From an uncultured Verrucomicrobiae bacterium (GTDB lineage: Bacteria > Verrucomicrobiota > Verrucomicrobiia > Chthoniobacterales > Chthoniobacteraceae): 64,000 nucleotides of DNA. Of this stretch, positions 19,436 to 31,828 are shown piece after piece. The DNA lies in assembly GCA_963828525.1 (NCBI GenBank), contig CAWHEP010000008.1, forward strand, positions 256,001 to 320,000. Reading direction: 5' to 3'. The notes beneath the pieces are model-generated. The model saw nothing but the letters and a program-made list of their open reading frames with translations. It had not been told where the DNA came from and made no database searches. The position numbers and the translations under genes are program-made. The stretch's first letter is position 1, and each line of letters opens with the position of its first letter.

Positions 19436-20845
19436 TTACGGCACCTGGCGAATCTGGATGGTGTCGATGACCTTGTCGTGAGCAAGGACGTTGGTGATGA
19501 CAACGAGCCAGCTCGTGGCGTCACACCAACTCTTGCCTTTCAACTCATTCAGCGCGTTCTCGATGGTCTGTTCCGGATCTTCGCTGAACTCCATAAGGAA
19601 TGGCTCGACACCCCAAGGCAGCAGCAGTTGGCGGAAAACAGTTTCGACATCTGTGAACGCATAAATCGGGACACGACCGCGCAGAGCGGCGAGCGTATAA
19701 CCGAGGAAGCCGCTGCGGGTAAACACGACGATGCCGGAGTTGCCAAGCTCCTGCGCGAGAACGATGGCAGAGCGGAGCATCTTTGACTTCGGTTCCTTGA
19801 GACGGATGACTTCGTTGATGCCACGCTTCTCGGTCGGCTCCGTGCTCTGGATGATGTTTTTCAGGACGTCCACACACTCGAGCGGATAAAGGCCGGTGGT
19901 GGTTTCCCCCGACAGCATCACGGCATCGGCTCGTTCGCGCACAGCGGTTGCCACGTCCGAAATCTCCGCGCGGGTGGGCATAGGTGCCGAGATCATCGAT
20001 TCCAGCAATTGGGTGGCAATAATCACCGGCTTCCCTTCGGCCATGCATGTCTCAACGATGCGGCTTTGGACGAGCGGCAGGACGAAGTAGTCGATCTCAA
20101 TCCCCAGATCGCCGCGCGCCACCATCACCGCATCCGACGCGGCGACGATGCTCTCAAGGTTGCGCAGTCCAGCCTGGTCTTCAATCTTGGCCACGATGCG
20201 CGCCTTTGAACCCAGTCCCTCAAGAAAGTTGCGGAGGGTGACGATATCCTCACTGCGGCGGACGAAAGACATTGCCACAAAATCGATGCCCGCCGTGACG
20301 CCAACCCGGATGTCGCGCTCGTCCTTTTCCGTAAGGGAGGGGAGGTTCACGTCCACACCCGGGAGATTTATGTGGCGCCGTGAGCCGAGCTTGCCGGGGG
20401 TAAGCACTTTGCACCGGACGCAGGTCTCATTTTTTTCAAGCACCTCGAAACGCATCAGACCGCTGTCCACAAGCACGGTCGCGCCCACCTTCACGTCGGC
20501 GGGGAAACCCGCGTAGTTCACATCGATCCCGCGGACAGATTCCGCCGGCTTGCTCGTATGAAATTCAAAGAATTCCCCGGCTTTCAACTCAATCGCAACG
20601 GCGACAACGCCGGTGCGGATTTCGGGGCCTTTTACATCCATCATGACAGCCACGTGACGCCCGGCGCTGGCAGATACTTCGCGAATTCGCTGGATGAGTG
20701 ACGTCGTCCATTCCCCGGTGGCATGCGCCATATTGAGACGCATCACATCGACCCCGGCCCGAATCAGCTCATCAAGTTTCTCGGCGCTCTCCGTGGAAGG
20801 CCCAAGGGTCGCAATGATTTTGGTGTGTCGGTAATATCCTCGCAT
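19436..20845 (-). CDS. pyk: Pyruvate kinase
   Basis: TKIIATLGP, RLNMAH, DVKGPEIRTG, AKIE, MVARGDLG, ATQLLESM, DAVMLSGET. Confidence 0.97.
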   Translation of the reverse strand: MRGYYRHTKIIATLGPSTESAEKLDELIRAGVDVMRLNMAHATGEWTTSLIQRIREVSASAGRHVAVMMDVKGPEIRTGVVAVAIELKAGEFFEFHTSKPAESVRGIDVNYAGFPADVKVGATVLVDSGLMRFEVLEKNETCVRCKVLTPGKLGSRRHINLPGVDVNLPSLTEKDERDIRVGVTAGIDFVAMSFVRRSEDIVTLRNFLEGLGSKARIVAKIEDQAGLRNLESIVAASDAVMVARGDLGIEIDYFVLPLVQSRIVETCMAEGKPVIIATQLLESMISAPMPTRAEISDVATAVRERADAVMLSGETTTGLYPLECVDVLKNIIQSTEPTEKRGINEVIRLKEPKSKMLRSAIVLAQELGNSGIVVFTRSGFLGYTLAALRGRVPIYAFTDVETVFRQLLLPWGVEPFLMEFSEDPEQTIENALNELKGKSWCDATSWLVVITNVLAHDKVIDTIQIRQVP

Positions 20846-20980
20846 CTTTTTGGAATCGATTTGGTAAATTCACAACGCCGTTTTCGACGCCATGGATTCG
20901 AAGCGAGGGAGATTCGACGAACCGGCCCTCATGTAACAAGGCGCTGAGCTCCCGTAAAGGGGAAATCTGGATTTTCCCGC

Positions 20981-22503
<1,523 letters not shown>

Positions 22504-22527
22504 AATTGTTTGAACTACTCAGTAAAC

Positions 22528-23709
22528 TTAGATTCCAGCACGCTCCAGCATCGACACCAGGACTTTCCCTGATTCAAAGTTTTCTTGGGCAATCTCTCGT
22601 GCTGCCCGGGAATGCGCCGTGTAGTCCGAGTTGATCATTTCCACAGCTTCGGCGATCTCCTCGACGGTGGAGAAGGAAAACAAGCCCTTTTTTGCGCCGC
22701 CGTAGTATGAAGTGAATCCGGTCTCTTGCGTGATGACCGGACGCCCAGCAGCCAGGTAGCAGGCTGAACGATCACTGAACCAACCGGTGTTTAGCCGGAC
22801 ATACTGGTCTTTTGCAACAGTGAACTCACCTTTGGAATTCTGTAGATAACCGACATAACTATCATAGTCGATACTCATCTCCACTGGGCTCACGAAGCGC
22901 CATCGATTCCGCACAAATAATTCAAACGTCTCTTTGTCCTTGATCGTGGTGGCAAGTTCAAAAACCTCTCCCGAACGCCGCGGCGCTGCCACGAATTTCA
23001 AGAACTCCAGCGACTTGCTCCAAAGATACTTCTCGCCCCGCCATTCCATGTCTTTCAATCCGCTCGTGGACCAATTTGCGACCGTAGTAAAAATCGCGCC
23101 CTCGCGGCGGTCACGCCTTGAGCCGCCCACAAATCGGTGACAATCGGCTGGCGTGTCGGGCATCCATCTGAGACCATGCGCGGGCACGGGAAACTTTTCC
23201 GTGCCGACGTTTTCGCCAAACGTGAAAAGCGCGTGATGTTTTCCAAGGTAGTCGATTGTCGATTCGGCACCTTGATCGACTTTTATTTGTTCCACGCCAG
23301 GGTCGCTTTCGACATACAGGATCCGATTGCTCTGTAGCAAATCCTCGTTGAACTCCTGGGTGCCGCAAATATTGAGAACGGCGTCTGCCTCACGATACAG
23401 CGCAACGATGCGTCTTTTTGTCAAAGCCAGCGCAATCGTGTCCCGGAAGATATCGCGCGCAATAAGCCCCAGCGACTGCTCAAACCCAAACTGGACGCCA
23501 GCTTCGCGAGAATCCGCGCGGCATAGCTGTAGTCTTCATTGAGATCGAAAGTGATCGGGTTGTAGGCGAAGCGCGCCGAGTCCTCGATATAATAGACATC
23601 ATGCCCGAGCCGCTGGAGGCCCACGATGTAATGGATGTGCTGCCAGATGACCCCGGCGATCGGGACACCCGCCCATGAAACCCATGACAACGATCTTCTT
23701 CTTGTCCAT
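22528..23709 (-). CDS. GT-B glycosyltransferase-like protein (YkvP/CgeB-like C-terminus), frameshifted
   Basis: MDKKKIVV...GVIWQHIHYIVGLQRLGHDVYYIED; C-terminal GWFSDRSACYLAAGRPVITQETGF. Confidence 0.75.
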
Positions 23710-23727
23710 CGGCCTCGGCGGACAGAC

Positions 23728-24315
23728 TCAAGCCAACTGCTTCACGATCACGGCGGGATTCCCGGCGACGACCACATTCTGAGGGATGCTTTTTGTTACT
23801 ACCGATCCGGCCGCGACGACGGAATTCTCACCGATTGAAACGCCCTTTAGCACAATTGCGTTCATGCCAATCCAAACGTTATCAGCGATGCGGACGGGGC
23901 GCGCCTCCAACTTCGGTCGCTGCGGCCGATCCTTGAAGTAAGGCGCGAGAGCCATCGCATCGATACGGCGCTGCGCCGGAGCAAGCGGGTGAAAGTCGGA
24001 GTCCGCGATGCCGACATTCCACGAGATCAGGCAATGGGAGCCAATTTCGATGCGCTCCTCCGCCATGATCAGCGCGCCATTGAGCAACGTGTAGTCGCCA
24101 ATGGAGCATGAGCCATTTTCTCCCAGCGCGAATGAGCAGCCTGCGTAGCAGGAGACATGCAGGCCCATCTCCACCGCGGGATCAACCTTGCTGCGCATCA
24201 TCCGGAAAATTTGCGCTGTTTCCACATATAGTCCCTCCTTCCAGACAACATTCGGGGGGATGGGCTTGCCCCACCAGTCTTCCTGCACCCTGCGATCCGC
24301 GTTTACATTGCTCAT
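23728..24315 (-). CDS. Hexapeptide-repeat acyltransferase
   Basis: IGDYTLL/IGSHCLI repeats; [42 protein letters not shown]. Confidence 0.9.
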   Translation of the reverse strand: MSNVNADRRVQEDWWGKPIPPNVVWKEGLYVETAQIFRMMRSKVDPAVEMGLHVSCYAGCSFALGENGSCSIGDYTLLNGALIMAEERIEIGSHCLISWNVGIADSDFHPLAPAQRRIDAMALAPYFKDRPQRPKLEARPVRIADNVWIGMNAIVLKGVSIGENSVVAAGSVVTKSIPQNVVVAGNPAVIVKQLA

Positions 24316-26095
24316 AAGTCGCCGTGATATTCGCCGAACGGCACAGGGCCGCGTAGACGCCAGCGCGCTGGATAAGTCCTTCCCCGCTCCTTGCTCAACA
24401 ACCCTGCCATTGTCGAGAACGACGATCTTCCCGATATCATGCACGGCGGCGATGCGATGGGTAATAATGAGAGTAGTCCTGTCCTTTCATTAGATCTTTG
24501 ATGGTTTCCATGATGGCATGTTCGGTCGAGGCGTCTAGCGCGGACGTCGGTTCATCGAGCAAGGAGGACGGGGGCATTTTTGAGAAACGCCGCTGCGATG
24601 CCGATGCGCTGGCGCTGGCCCACACTGAGATGGCCGCCGCGTTCGCCGACCTGGCTCCGATATTGGTCCGGCATTTGCATGATGAAGTTGTGCGCCTGCG
24701 CCCGGCGCGCCGCCGCCATGATTTCTTCCTCGGTGGCATCGGGTCTGCCATAGGCGATGTTTTCGCGGATGGTGGTGGAGAACAGAAGCGTGTCTTGCAG
24801 CACAATGCTGATCTGGTCGCGCAGCGACTTCTTGGTCACCTTCGCGGACATCCTCGCCATCCAGCAAAAGTCTGCCGGCGGTGGGATCGTAGAATCTGGG
24901 CACCAGGCTAAGGAGTGTGCTTTTCCCGGCCCCGGTTCCGCCGACGAAGGCAACCGTTTCCCCTGGTTCGACCCTCACATTCACGCCTCGAAAGAATAAG
25001 ACGTCCCGGTTCATAGCCGAAGGAGACGTCTTCAAACACGACGCCTCCCTTTGCCTGCCGTAGGGCGCTTCGCCCCGGGTGCGTCACTTGACCTCGTCTT
25101 CCTTGTCGAGGATCTCAAAACAGCGTTGGGCACCGGCCGCGGCCCCCTCCAGCGCCCAGGCGGTGTAAGTCAGCGGCTCCAAGAGGCTGGTAAAGCATCA
25201 CGAGGTACGAAGCAAAGATCAGCAGGGTTCCCAGGCTGAGCCGGCCTTCAAGAACATGCAGCGAGCCAAGAGAATACATCAGGGCCGTTCCCACGGCCAT
25301 GAGTGTGCCGATCACCAGCGCGCTGCTCACGGAAGTCATCGTAAGCTTAAGGTTTGCCTCGAGGCTCTCCTCGCGCCTGACGGCGAAACTGGTTCACTTC
25401 GAACTCCTCCCGCCCAAAGGCGTGCACCATGCGAATGGAGCTCAGCCCCTCCTGCGCGACCGCAAGCAGAGCGCTTTCCCGCTCTTGGATCGTCGTGGAT
25501 TGGCTGCGGATGCGATTCGCATAGTAGTAGATGGCAATCACGATGAATGGGACGATCCCCATCGAAAGCAGAGTCAGTTGCAGATCGAGGCACCACATCA
25601 CGGCGAAAGTGCTCAGAGAGGTGACAACCGAGTTCAGGATATTGCTGAATCCCTTGTTATAGATAGTCTGGATCGCCTGCGAGTCGTATGCGACGCGGAA
25701 GCTGGAGTCGCTGCTTCGGCGGCTGTCGTGAAATTTCAGGGGAAGGGACTGGAGGTAGGCATAAAGCTCGGTGCGCAGCTTGAGCAAAGCCTGCAAGCCG
25801 GCTTTCACGAAAAGCAGGCTCGTCGCGAGGTTGAGAAATCCCGCCAGGAGGTGAACCAGCACGAGAAAACCGCATAGCGCGATGATGATCTGCTCCGGGG
25901 AGGCGCTGCCGAGGTCATGCCCAAGGATGATGTGCTTCGCGCCGCGAGGCACCGGCAGCAGGTCGTCCACAATGAACTTAAACGGCCAGGGCTTTAAGAG
26001 ATTGAGGCCGATCGACAGAAAGTAAGGAGTGTCGCCGTAATTGTCTCCCCTATGAACGGTTTAAAATAAACCAGGGTTCTGCGATAGACGGACAT
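24312..26095 (-). CDS. MsbA-like ABC exporter (TMD+NBD), multiple frameshifts; 3' end approximate
   Basis: [14 protein letters not shown] start; [46 protein letters not shown]. Confidence 0.88.
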
Positions 26096-26209
26096 CCGAG
26101 AAGAGGGAATACGCCATGCGGCTAAATTGCAACCTCCTGATTGGGGACGGGGCTTGGCACCGCCTTCGGATTGCTATAGGGTTGCCGCCCTTTGAATCCC
26201 GTCCAATCC

Positions 26210-26862
26210 ATGGAACGCAATAAGCTGATCGAAACCGCCCGCGACTGGCGGCGCATCCTGGCGGGCCTTCGGAATAAGCTGCTGGCCGGCATAGTGGTGG
26301 CCATCCCGATCGTCGTGACGATCTGGGTGCTGAACCTGGCCTACACGTTCATCAACGGCATCAGCGCCCCGTTTCTCGCCAACCTCGGCATAAAAAACGT
26401 TCCCGGCTCTCGGGTTCATCGTCACCCTTCTGCTCCTGCTCGCGCTCGGATTCATGGCCACGAATGTCATGGGCCAGAGGATCCTCGTCTCCGTGGAACG
26501 TCTTCTCCTCAGGGTGCCAGTGGTCGCCACCGTCTATACGGCGGTGAAGCAGGTGATAGATTCGGTGAAATCGTTCAACACCACAACGGTTTTAAGAGAG
26601 TCGTCTATGTCGAGTATCCCTTCGACGGGTTGCAGGCTCATAGGTTTTGTAACTGGCCAATTCTACGACGAGGTCCTTGGGCGCGAGATGACCGCCGTTG
26701 TGATTCCCACCGCCCCCAGCCCCATGACTGGCCTGGTCGTGGTGGTGGAATCAGATCGCGTGATCGAGACAGGCCTCGGGTCTGGAAGAAGCGATGAAAC
26801 TCATCGTTTCAGCAGGCCTGGTTGCACCGAGGCGCAAAGGGGCCGCGACTCACCCCGTGTAG
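26210..26862 (+). CDS. DUF502-family membrane protein, frameshifted
   Basis: LAGIVVAIPIVVTIWV, RVPVVATVYTAVKQV, FKRVVYVEYP, IPTAPSPMTG, EEAMKLIVSAG. Confidence 0.8.
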
Positions 26863-26958
26863 CTGGTTCGACGCGAAGCGCCTGGTGGAAGGGATGCAAG
26901 GCTCGCCGGATTCCGTCGCGGTGGGATGATTACAGAGGCTTCAGCAGATCGATTACCG

Positions 26959-27087
26959 TCACCTGCGTTTGCGCTGAGCCTTGTAGTCATACGAACGCTC
27001 ATAGTCTATGGAGCCAAACAGCTCGAGGATGTCCTTTAGCCTACGGCACTGAACGTATTTCCGGAGCGAGGTTCGCCGAATCTTCAC
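26959..27087 (-). pseudogene. C-terminal remnant of a VapB (DUF2191-like) antitoxin
   Basis: LRKYVQCRRLKDILELFGSIDYERSYDYKAQRKRR resembles the C-terminus of this family; the N-terminal RHH part is absent. Confidence 0.55.
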
Positions 27088-27115
27088 GCGCCCGAATCCG
27101 GCAGTGGCGAATGAC

Positions 27116-27463
27116 TTACTTTTCCTCTCTCGTAGCAAAGTATTTCTCAAGCAACGCGCAAATTTCTGGAACGTAGATGGTGGCGACCTGCCACACAATG
27201 CTCAAATCGACGTTCGCGTAGTCGTGGGCAACGATATTCCGCATTCCTCGCATCTTCCGGAACGGAAGTTCGGGAACGGCTTCCCGGGTTTCACTGGTCA
27301 GATGGGAAGTGGCTTCCCCAATGATTTCGATGCGCCGGATGACAGCGTCCTGGGTGCGCGCGTCGGACTGAAAATCCCCTTCAACTCTGTCTTTCACATA
27401 CGACGCGATCAGATGCGACGCTGCCAGGATATCTCGCAGCCGCCCTCGTTGATCAGCCTCCAT
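27116..27463 (-). CDS. HepT-like (DUF86) HEPN RNase toxin
   Basis: QDAVIRRIEIIGEA; RX4H motif MRNIVAHDY. Confidence 0.92.
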   Translation of the reverse strand: MEADQRGRLRDILAASHLIASYVKDRVEGDFQSDARTQDAVIRRIEIIGEATSHLTSETREAVPELPFRKMRGMRNIVAHDYANVDLSIVWQVATIYVPEICALLEKYFATREEK

Positions 27464-27779
27464 AGATACGGACCGCCGTTGAGAGAATGTGATCGCGCGC
27501 AAGGCGGTTCGGGGATTTCTCAATCGAAGGGCGCAGTACGAAATCCACAGGGCGTCCGACTAATTCCTCGGCTTCGCCTGCCATTTCCAGCAACTGGCCG
27601 GTTGAGACTGGCAACGACTCGTCGAGTGTTACAAGCAAATCCACATCGCTGCCAGGCGTCGACCTGCCGCGCGCGGCGGAACCAAACAAATCCAATCGGC
27701 GGAGACGATGCTTCTCGCAGAATGGACGCAGGCGTTCTCCCAGTTCCACTAAAGAAAGCCCGTTATCATCTTGCCGCAC
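27453..27779 (-). CDS. MNT (minimal nucleotidyltransferase) antitoxin
   Basis: LFGSAARG...SDVDLLV, GRPVDFV; overlaps the HEPN gene. Confidence 0.92.
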   Translation of the reverse strand: MRQDDNGLSLVELGERLRPFCEKHRLRRLDLFGSAARGRSTPGSDVDLLVTLDESLPVSTGQLLEMAGEAEELVGRPVDFVLRPSIEKSPNRLARDHILSTAVRIYGG

Positions 27780-27859
27780 CCAAAAAAGGTAACTGCTCGA
27801 AGCGGCTCTATCAAGCGTCGTTGATCTGGACGCCCCGCCGGAGTCTGATCGACCCTAAG

Positions 27860-28255
27860 TTACCCTCCCACGAAAAGCCTGCGGAATATGTCGGCAAATC
27901 CCGCCTTGGTCACCTGTTTTGCGGCGATGCCGATCATGGCGTTGTAGAGCCGTCCCTGTTCTTCGTCGCCCGGTATGTGCGCATGGCCATTCACTGCAAG
28001 AAACGCGAGCCCCGCCGCGATGGCAGTGCGTTTATTTCCATCCAGGAACGCCTGTGCTTCGGAAATATGAAACGCGTAAGTTGCCGCGATCTGAAATGCG
28101 TCCGCGCCGGCATAATGCCACGCGTTGCGGGCGGCAGCGACTGCTGATTCGATCAACCCAGGTTCCCGAACCCCCTCTGTCCCTCCGTATAGCTCAAGAG
28201 ACCGGCGGTGCAGAACCATGACTTGCTCTCCGTGAGGAAAACGGGAGCAGCAACC
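27860..28255 (-). CDS. Doc/Fic-family toxin, 5' end frameshifted
   Basis: PVFLT..QVMVLHRRSLELYGGTEGVREPGLIESAV; Fic-like motif QAFLDGNKRTA. Confidence 0.85.
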   Translation of the reverse strand, partial: GCCSRFPHGEQVMVLHRRSLELYGGTEGVREPGLIESAVAAARNAWHYAGADAFQIAATYAFHISEAQAFLDGNKRTAIAAGLAFLAVNGHAHIPGDEEQGRLYNAMIGIAAKQVTKAGFADIFRRLFVGG

Positions 28256-28451
28256 TATTTTGCAAGCCTTTCGAGCAAGCCCCCATAGTTTTGAAAAACA
28301 TGGTTGGCCGCCTTTTCAAACTCCCCATCGCTTGCCGGTCGGCCGGGCCGGGTGCGCCGGCGTCTTTAGATTTTCCACGAACGCTAAAACCGCCTCCCGC
28401 TCTCCAGGGACGCAGCGCCTTGATCTGTTCGATTATTTCGAGCGCACTCAT
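28255..28451 (-). CDS. Small putative antitoxin upstream of Doc, frameshifted
   Basis: MSALEIIEQIKAL at the start and, in another frame, C-terminal FEKAANHVFQNYGGLLERLAK* abutting the Doc start. Confidence 0.6.
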
Positions 28452-28874
28452 TCACTGGATAATACTCGCTCCAAGCAGCGCTGGCAAATGGGGCCGCTTT
28501 AGAGGGGATGATCAATTCTCCGCCCGATAGAATCGCGGCAACCGAGGATTTTTACGTCGAGGCAGAGTCGACAATGCGCGTTAATGCGTTGGTCGCAGGT
28601 CACCCCTGGAACGCAGTGATCGTATGCTTGATTCTCGCGGCTGGCCTGAAATGCGGAAATACCGTACGCGATTAAAAATTGACCGAACACCGCGATATCG
28701 CCGAGCGGTTCACCCTTTGAGAATCTCCACCTGCCCAGACCTAGCCGAAGACCCTTACAATCTTTCTCCCCGGGCCAGTCATAAATTTGACGCCTGCCGT
28801 CGAAAGACAAATCCGGGCGTATGCAAGTGTCGATTCTCCTTGTTTGATACTCGCGCGGCTGCTCTCGTAGGAAG

Positions 28875-29686
28875 ATGAAATATCTACCTGAACTGTCCTA
28901 TCCGGAGTCTGAGAGGCCAAAGCTTGAACTCTTAGCTGAACTTTTTCGCGACTGGCATGATCATTTTGCGAAAGCAGGCTCCGCACTGTCGAAGTTGGCT
29001 GACAAGATGGTCTTCGACGGATTCTACCCTTTCTATTTCAGCCAGCCGAAACGAGTTCTCTTTATCGGGTGGGAGGCGCGTGAGATTGCAGGGTACAATT
29101 ATATCCATTGCTCTACCCAGCCTATCGCGGCTTAAAACTCATCGGATCGCAGAGTCTTGACGCAAGTCTTTTCCATAGCAGGATGATGTATATTGCTTAC
29201 GGTATCATGAACGGAATGCCTGCCTACAACACGCTTCCCTACGCGAGTGAGATAGGGCGCTCTTTCGGAACGGCGGGGGGCCTGAGCTTCGCGTTCATGA
29301 ACATCCTCCAAGGTGAGCAACGAAAGCGGTCGTCGCGATGTGGATCGGCCTTCAATCGAAGCGGCCGTCAAGCTGTCAACGACGACGTAACTTCATTAAG
29401 AGAACAGGTGGCCATTCTGGCACCAGACATCATCATCACGATGAACGCGGAGAATTGGCTTTTCCCAATAGCGGATAATCTCGAAGAGTCTCTGTTGGGT
29501 AAACTTACGCTGATTAGCCCTCGAACCTCGGATTCGATTGCGCCTCATTGGCTACACAGCGATAGCGGTCGCTCATTGCTTATCGACACTTTTCACTTGT
29601 CTGCGAATGGGAAAAACACCGAAGAGGATTTTTATCGCCCGATCTGCGAGGCGATAAGGTGCAACTTAGGGAGCGCAGGAACATGA
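28875..29686 (+). CDS. Hypothetical protein, uracil-DNA-glycosylase-like superfamily, frameshifted
   Basis: RVLFIGWEA, FAFMNI, LREQVAILAPDIIIT and TFHLSA follow UDG-fold motif order; indels near 29108 and 29305. Confidence 0.5.
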
Positions 29687-29741
29687 ATGTGACATCGGCT
29701 GCGTTTGGGGTCGGAGAGCAAGGGCGGCGGGGGCCTACTTT

Positions 29742-29830
29742 GTGCAGATGATCTGAAGGCGGAAAAATCGGCACGCATCCACAGGAAAGGCGCTGACCTG
29801 AGCGCGGTGATCGGTCGCACGGGAAATCAG
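29742..29830 (-). pseudogene. Decayed fragment paralogous to the AAA ATPase at 30577-31725
   Basis: ISRATDHRAQVSA...FFRLQIICT versus MTRGRDNSEHVSA...FFRLQIICT; DNA near-identical over ~30 nt to 30797-30828. Confidence 0.65.
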
Positions 29831-29871
29831 ACCCAGGTCATTGCTCAAGGGGGCAAGGGAAGGCTCGCCCA

Positions 29872-30110
29872 TCATTGCAGCTTGAACGGGGAGGCCGACT
29901 GGTTCCGCAGAACGACAGACTGTCCAGGAGCGATGACGGCGTCGTTAGCGAGCGTGCCTCCGTTGTACCACCCAAACCCAAATAATAAGTGTAAACGGTG
30001 GCTGCTGAAGTATTGATTCCCTGCACTCCGTCGAACGTCAGCACTTGGGTCTGATCCGGCAGGGAAGGAAATGCGAGATTCCGGAAATAGAGGAAAGCCG
30101 CCCAAACCGT
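29872..30110 (-). pseudogene. Fragment resembling the C-terminus of a Verrucomicrobial secreted protein family (TIGR02597-like)
   Basis: VLTFDGVQGINTSAATVYTYY / GWYNGGTLANDAVIAPGQSVVLRN across two frames; family assignment from recollection only. Confidence 0.3.
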
Positions 30111-30284
30111 AGAGCAACAACCGCCGCGGTCTATACAAGTCGCGGTCGGTGTCTCCTCGAACCTCCGTACGTAACCGCTATCTTCAGAAAATAGAGGGCA
30201 TGAAAAACGCTTCGAGGATGGGACGTGTCACCGCCGCCCAATTCTACTTGTGCTCCCGGGCAAACCTCTTGCTCGAGTAGCTCC

Positions 30285-30542
30285 TCAAGCGCCGGCAAGT
30301 CTTCCTTGAATTGGTGAAAAGCTGTCGGACCTCGGGGCCGTCATTAAAGAAGGGACGTCGGACCATGTGAGGCCGTGGCATTCAATGAAATCCTCGCGGA
30401 ACCATCCATGTCCCTTGGGCGGACGCACGAGCCAGTGCCGGGACTCTGTAAGTTGGCGATCCTCGAACACGGCGATTCCGGCGGCGCAGATGCTCGCCTC
30501 GGAATGGTTCACCGTTTCAAAGTCGATGCTGGTGATGTTCAT
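30285..30542 (-). pseudogene. Truncated DEDDh 3'-5' exonuclease (DnaQ-like)
   Basis: ExoI motif SIDFET...SICAAG...WLVRPP...HGLTWSDV; similarity stops near 30355 and ExoII/ExoIII are missing. Confidence 0.75.
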
Positions 30543-30576
30543 CGTTTGGGAAAAGCGAAACACATAACCGCGCGTC

Positions 30577-31725
30577 CTATGTGGCAAAGCCGATGCGCGG
30601 ACGATCCGTTGCCTCGGGTCCATTTTCAGCAAAGACCTCAGCAAGGGAGTAATCGCGAACGGAAGGCAATTTCTTGCCGAGGCTTTCAGCAAGGCGGCGC
30701 GCTTGTGGGTAATCGAGCCTTCCAAACAGGCGATGGTGGAGCAGCCGCCCAGGCCGCAAGAGCGCGGGATCGACTTCCGTCGAAGCGCAGTTCATCGTGC
30801 AAATGATCTGGAGGCGGAAGAAATCGCCCAGCATTCCATCGGAGAGATTCAGGATCGCGCTGACATGCTCAGAATTGTCGCGGCCACGGGTCATGATCGA
30901 CTCTTCCGCGTCCTCGAGCATGACCACGAACTTGCGATCCATATAGTGGCGCCGCTCGCGCACCCAAAAATCTATAAAGTCTGGCCTCGACAATACGCGC
31001 ATCGCCGAGGGAGGGATAAAATAGAAACGGTGCGACTCCTTTAGCGAGCACATGATATGGCGCAAGTAGGAGGTCTTGCCGGTTCCGGGCGGCCCCTCAA
31101 GGATGGAAAGGCCCAAACCGCTCTTGCCGAGCCCCTGAATGAAACTCGCGTGCCAGGTGGCAAATCCGTCGCCGTAGTAAAGATCTAGAGCGTCGTTGTC
31201 GAGAACCGTCGCCGCGGCGAGAGGCGCGGTCTCTGTATCCACACTCTCCCCAGAGAACTTGATGATCTCGAATGACCCAGCGGACGGAGCCGGAGGCTGG
31301 TTGTATTTTTCGTTGAACCATTCTACACGGCGTTCGGCTTCGTCAGGCGTGGCGGCGAAGCCCGTGATCCGAAAGTCGTCCGCGTAGAGGAAGGAACGCG
31401 GGCCAAATTGAAACGTGAGATCATCCCAGGTTTTTTTGCGTTCCTTGGGATCCAATCGGCGGATGGATCGGACGAGGTCGCGGGCATTCTCCGACACGGC
31501 TCGATCCAGATCCCAGGAACCGTGGAGTCTGCACACATGCAGAGGATCCGCTCCAAAAGCCGCCAGCACTGGAACATGCGGTCTTTCCGGGTCATCGCAA
31601 AAGGCTCTTCCGCCGGTCAGGTTGCAGAGCATGGCGACCGTGTTGGCCGGTTCCGCCTCATTGCGCATTGGCGTCTCGGTTTTTGGCCCTGGCCATGTCG
31701 GGATGATTTCGGGTGCTTTCAACAT
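30577..31725 (-). CDS. AAA+ ATPase (BCS1-like clade) with an uncharacterised N-domain
   Basis: Walker A GPPGTGKT, Walker B VVMLEDAE, ILNLSDG, SRH DPALLRPGRL; AGGAG upstream of MLKAP. Confidence 0.88.
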   Translation of the reverse strand: MLKAPEIIPTWPGPKTETPMRNEAEPANTVAMLCNLTGGRAFCDDPERPHVPVLAAFGADPLHVCRLHGSWDLDRAVSENARDLVRSIRRLDPKERKKTWDDLTFQFGPRSFLYADDFRITGFAATPDEAERRVEWFNEKYNQPPAPSAGSFEIIKFSGESVDTETAPLAAATVLDNDALDLYYGDGFATWHASFIQGLGKSGLGLSILEGPPGTGKTSYLRHIMCSLKESHRFYFIPPSAMRVLSRPDFIDFWVRERRHYMDRKFVVMLEDAEESIMTRGRDNSEHVSAILNLSDGMLGDFFRLQIICTMNCASTEVDPALLRPGRLLHHRLFGRLDYPQARRLAESLGKKLPSVRDYSLAEVFAENGPEATDRPRIGFAT

Positions 31726-31828
31726 AATGGGAATTCTCTCCTTTTGATCGCGGCAAGGATGCGCCTGGCTCAGTTGCGGATCAAAGGAACAGAATGTCCC
31801 CAAACTTTGTCCCAAGTGAGAGCGAAAC

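Noticed and set aside
27104..28147. 347-aa + strand ORF
   Set aside because: Antisense shadow of the HEPN, MNT and Doc genes with no recognisable motifs; the same applies to many other overlapping ORFs in the track
28499..28870. Short ORFs between the Doc antitoxin and the UDG-like gene
   Set aside because: No motif, RBS or consistent frame; cannot be supported as genes
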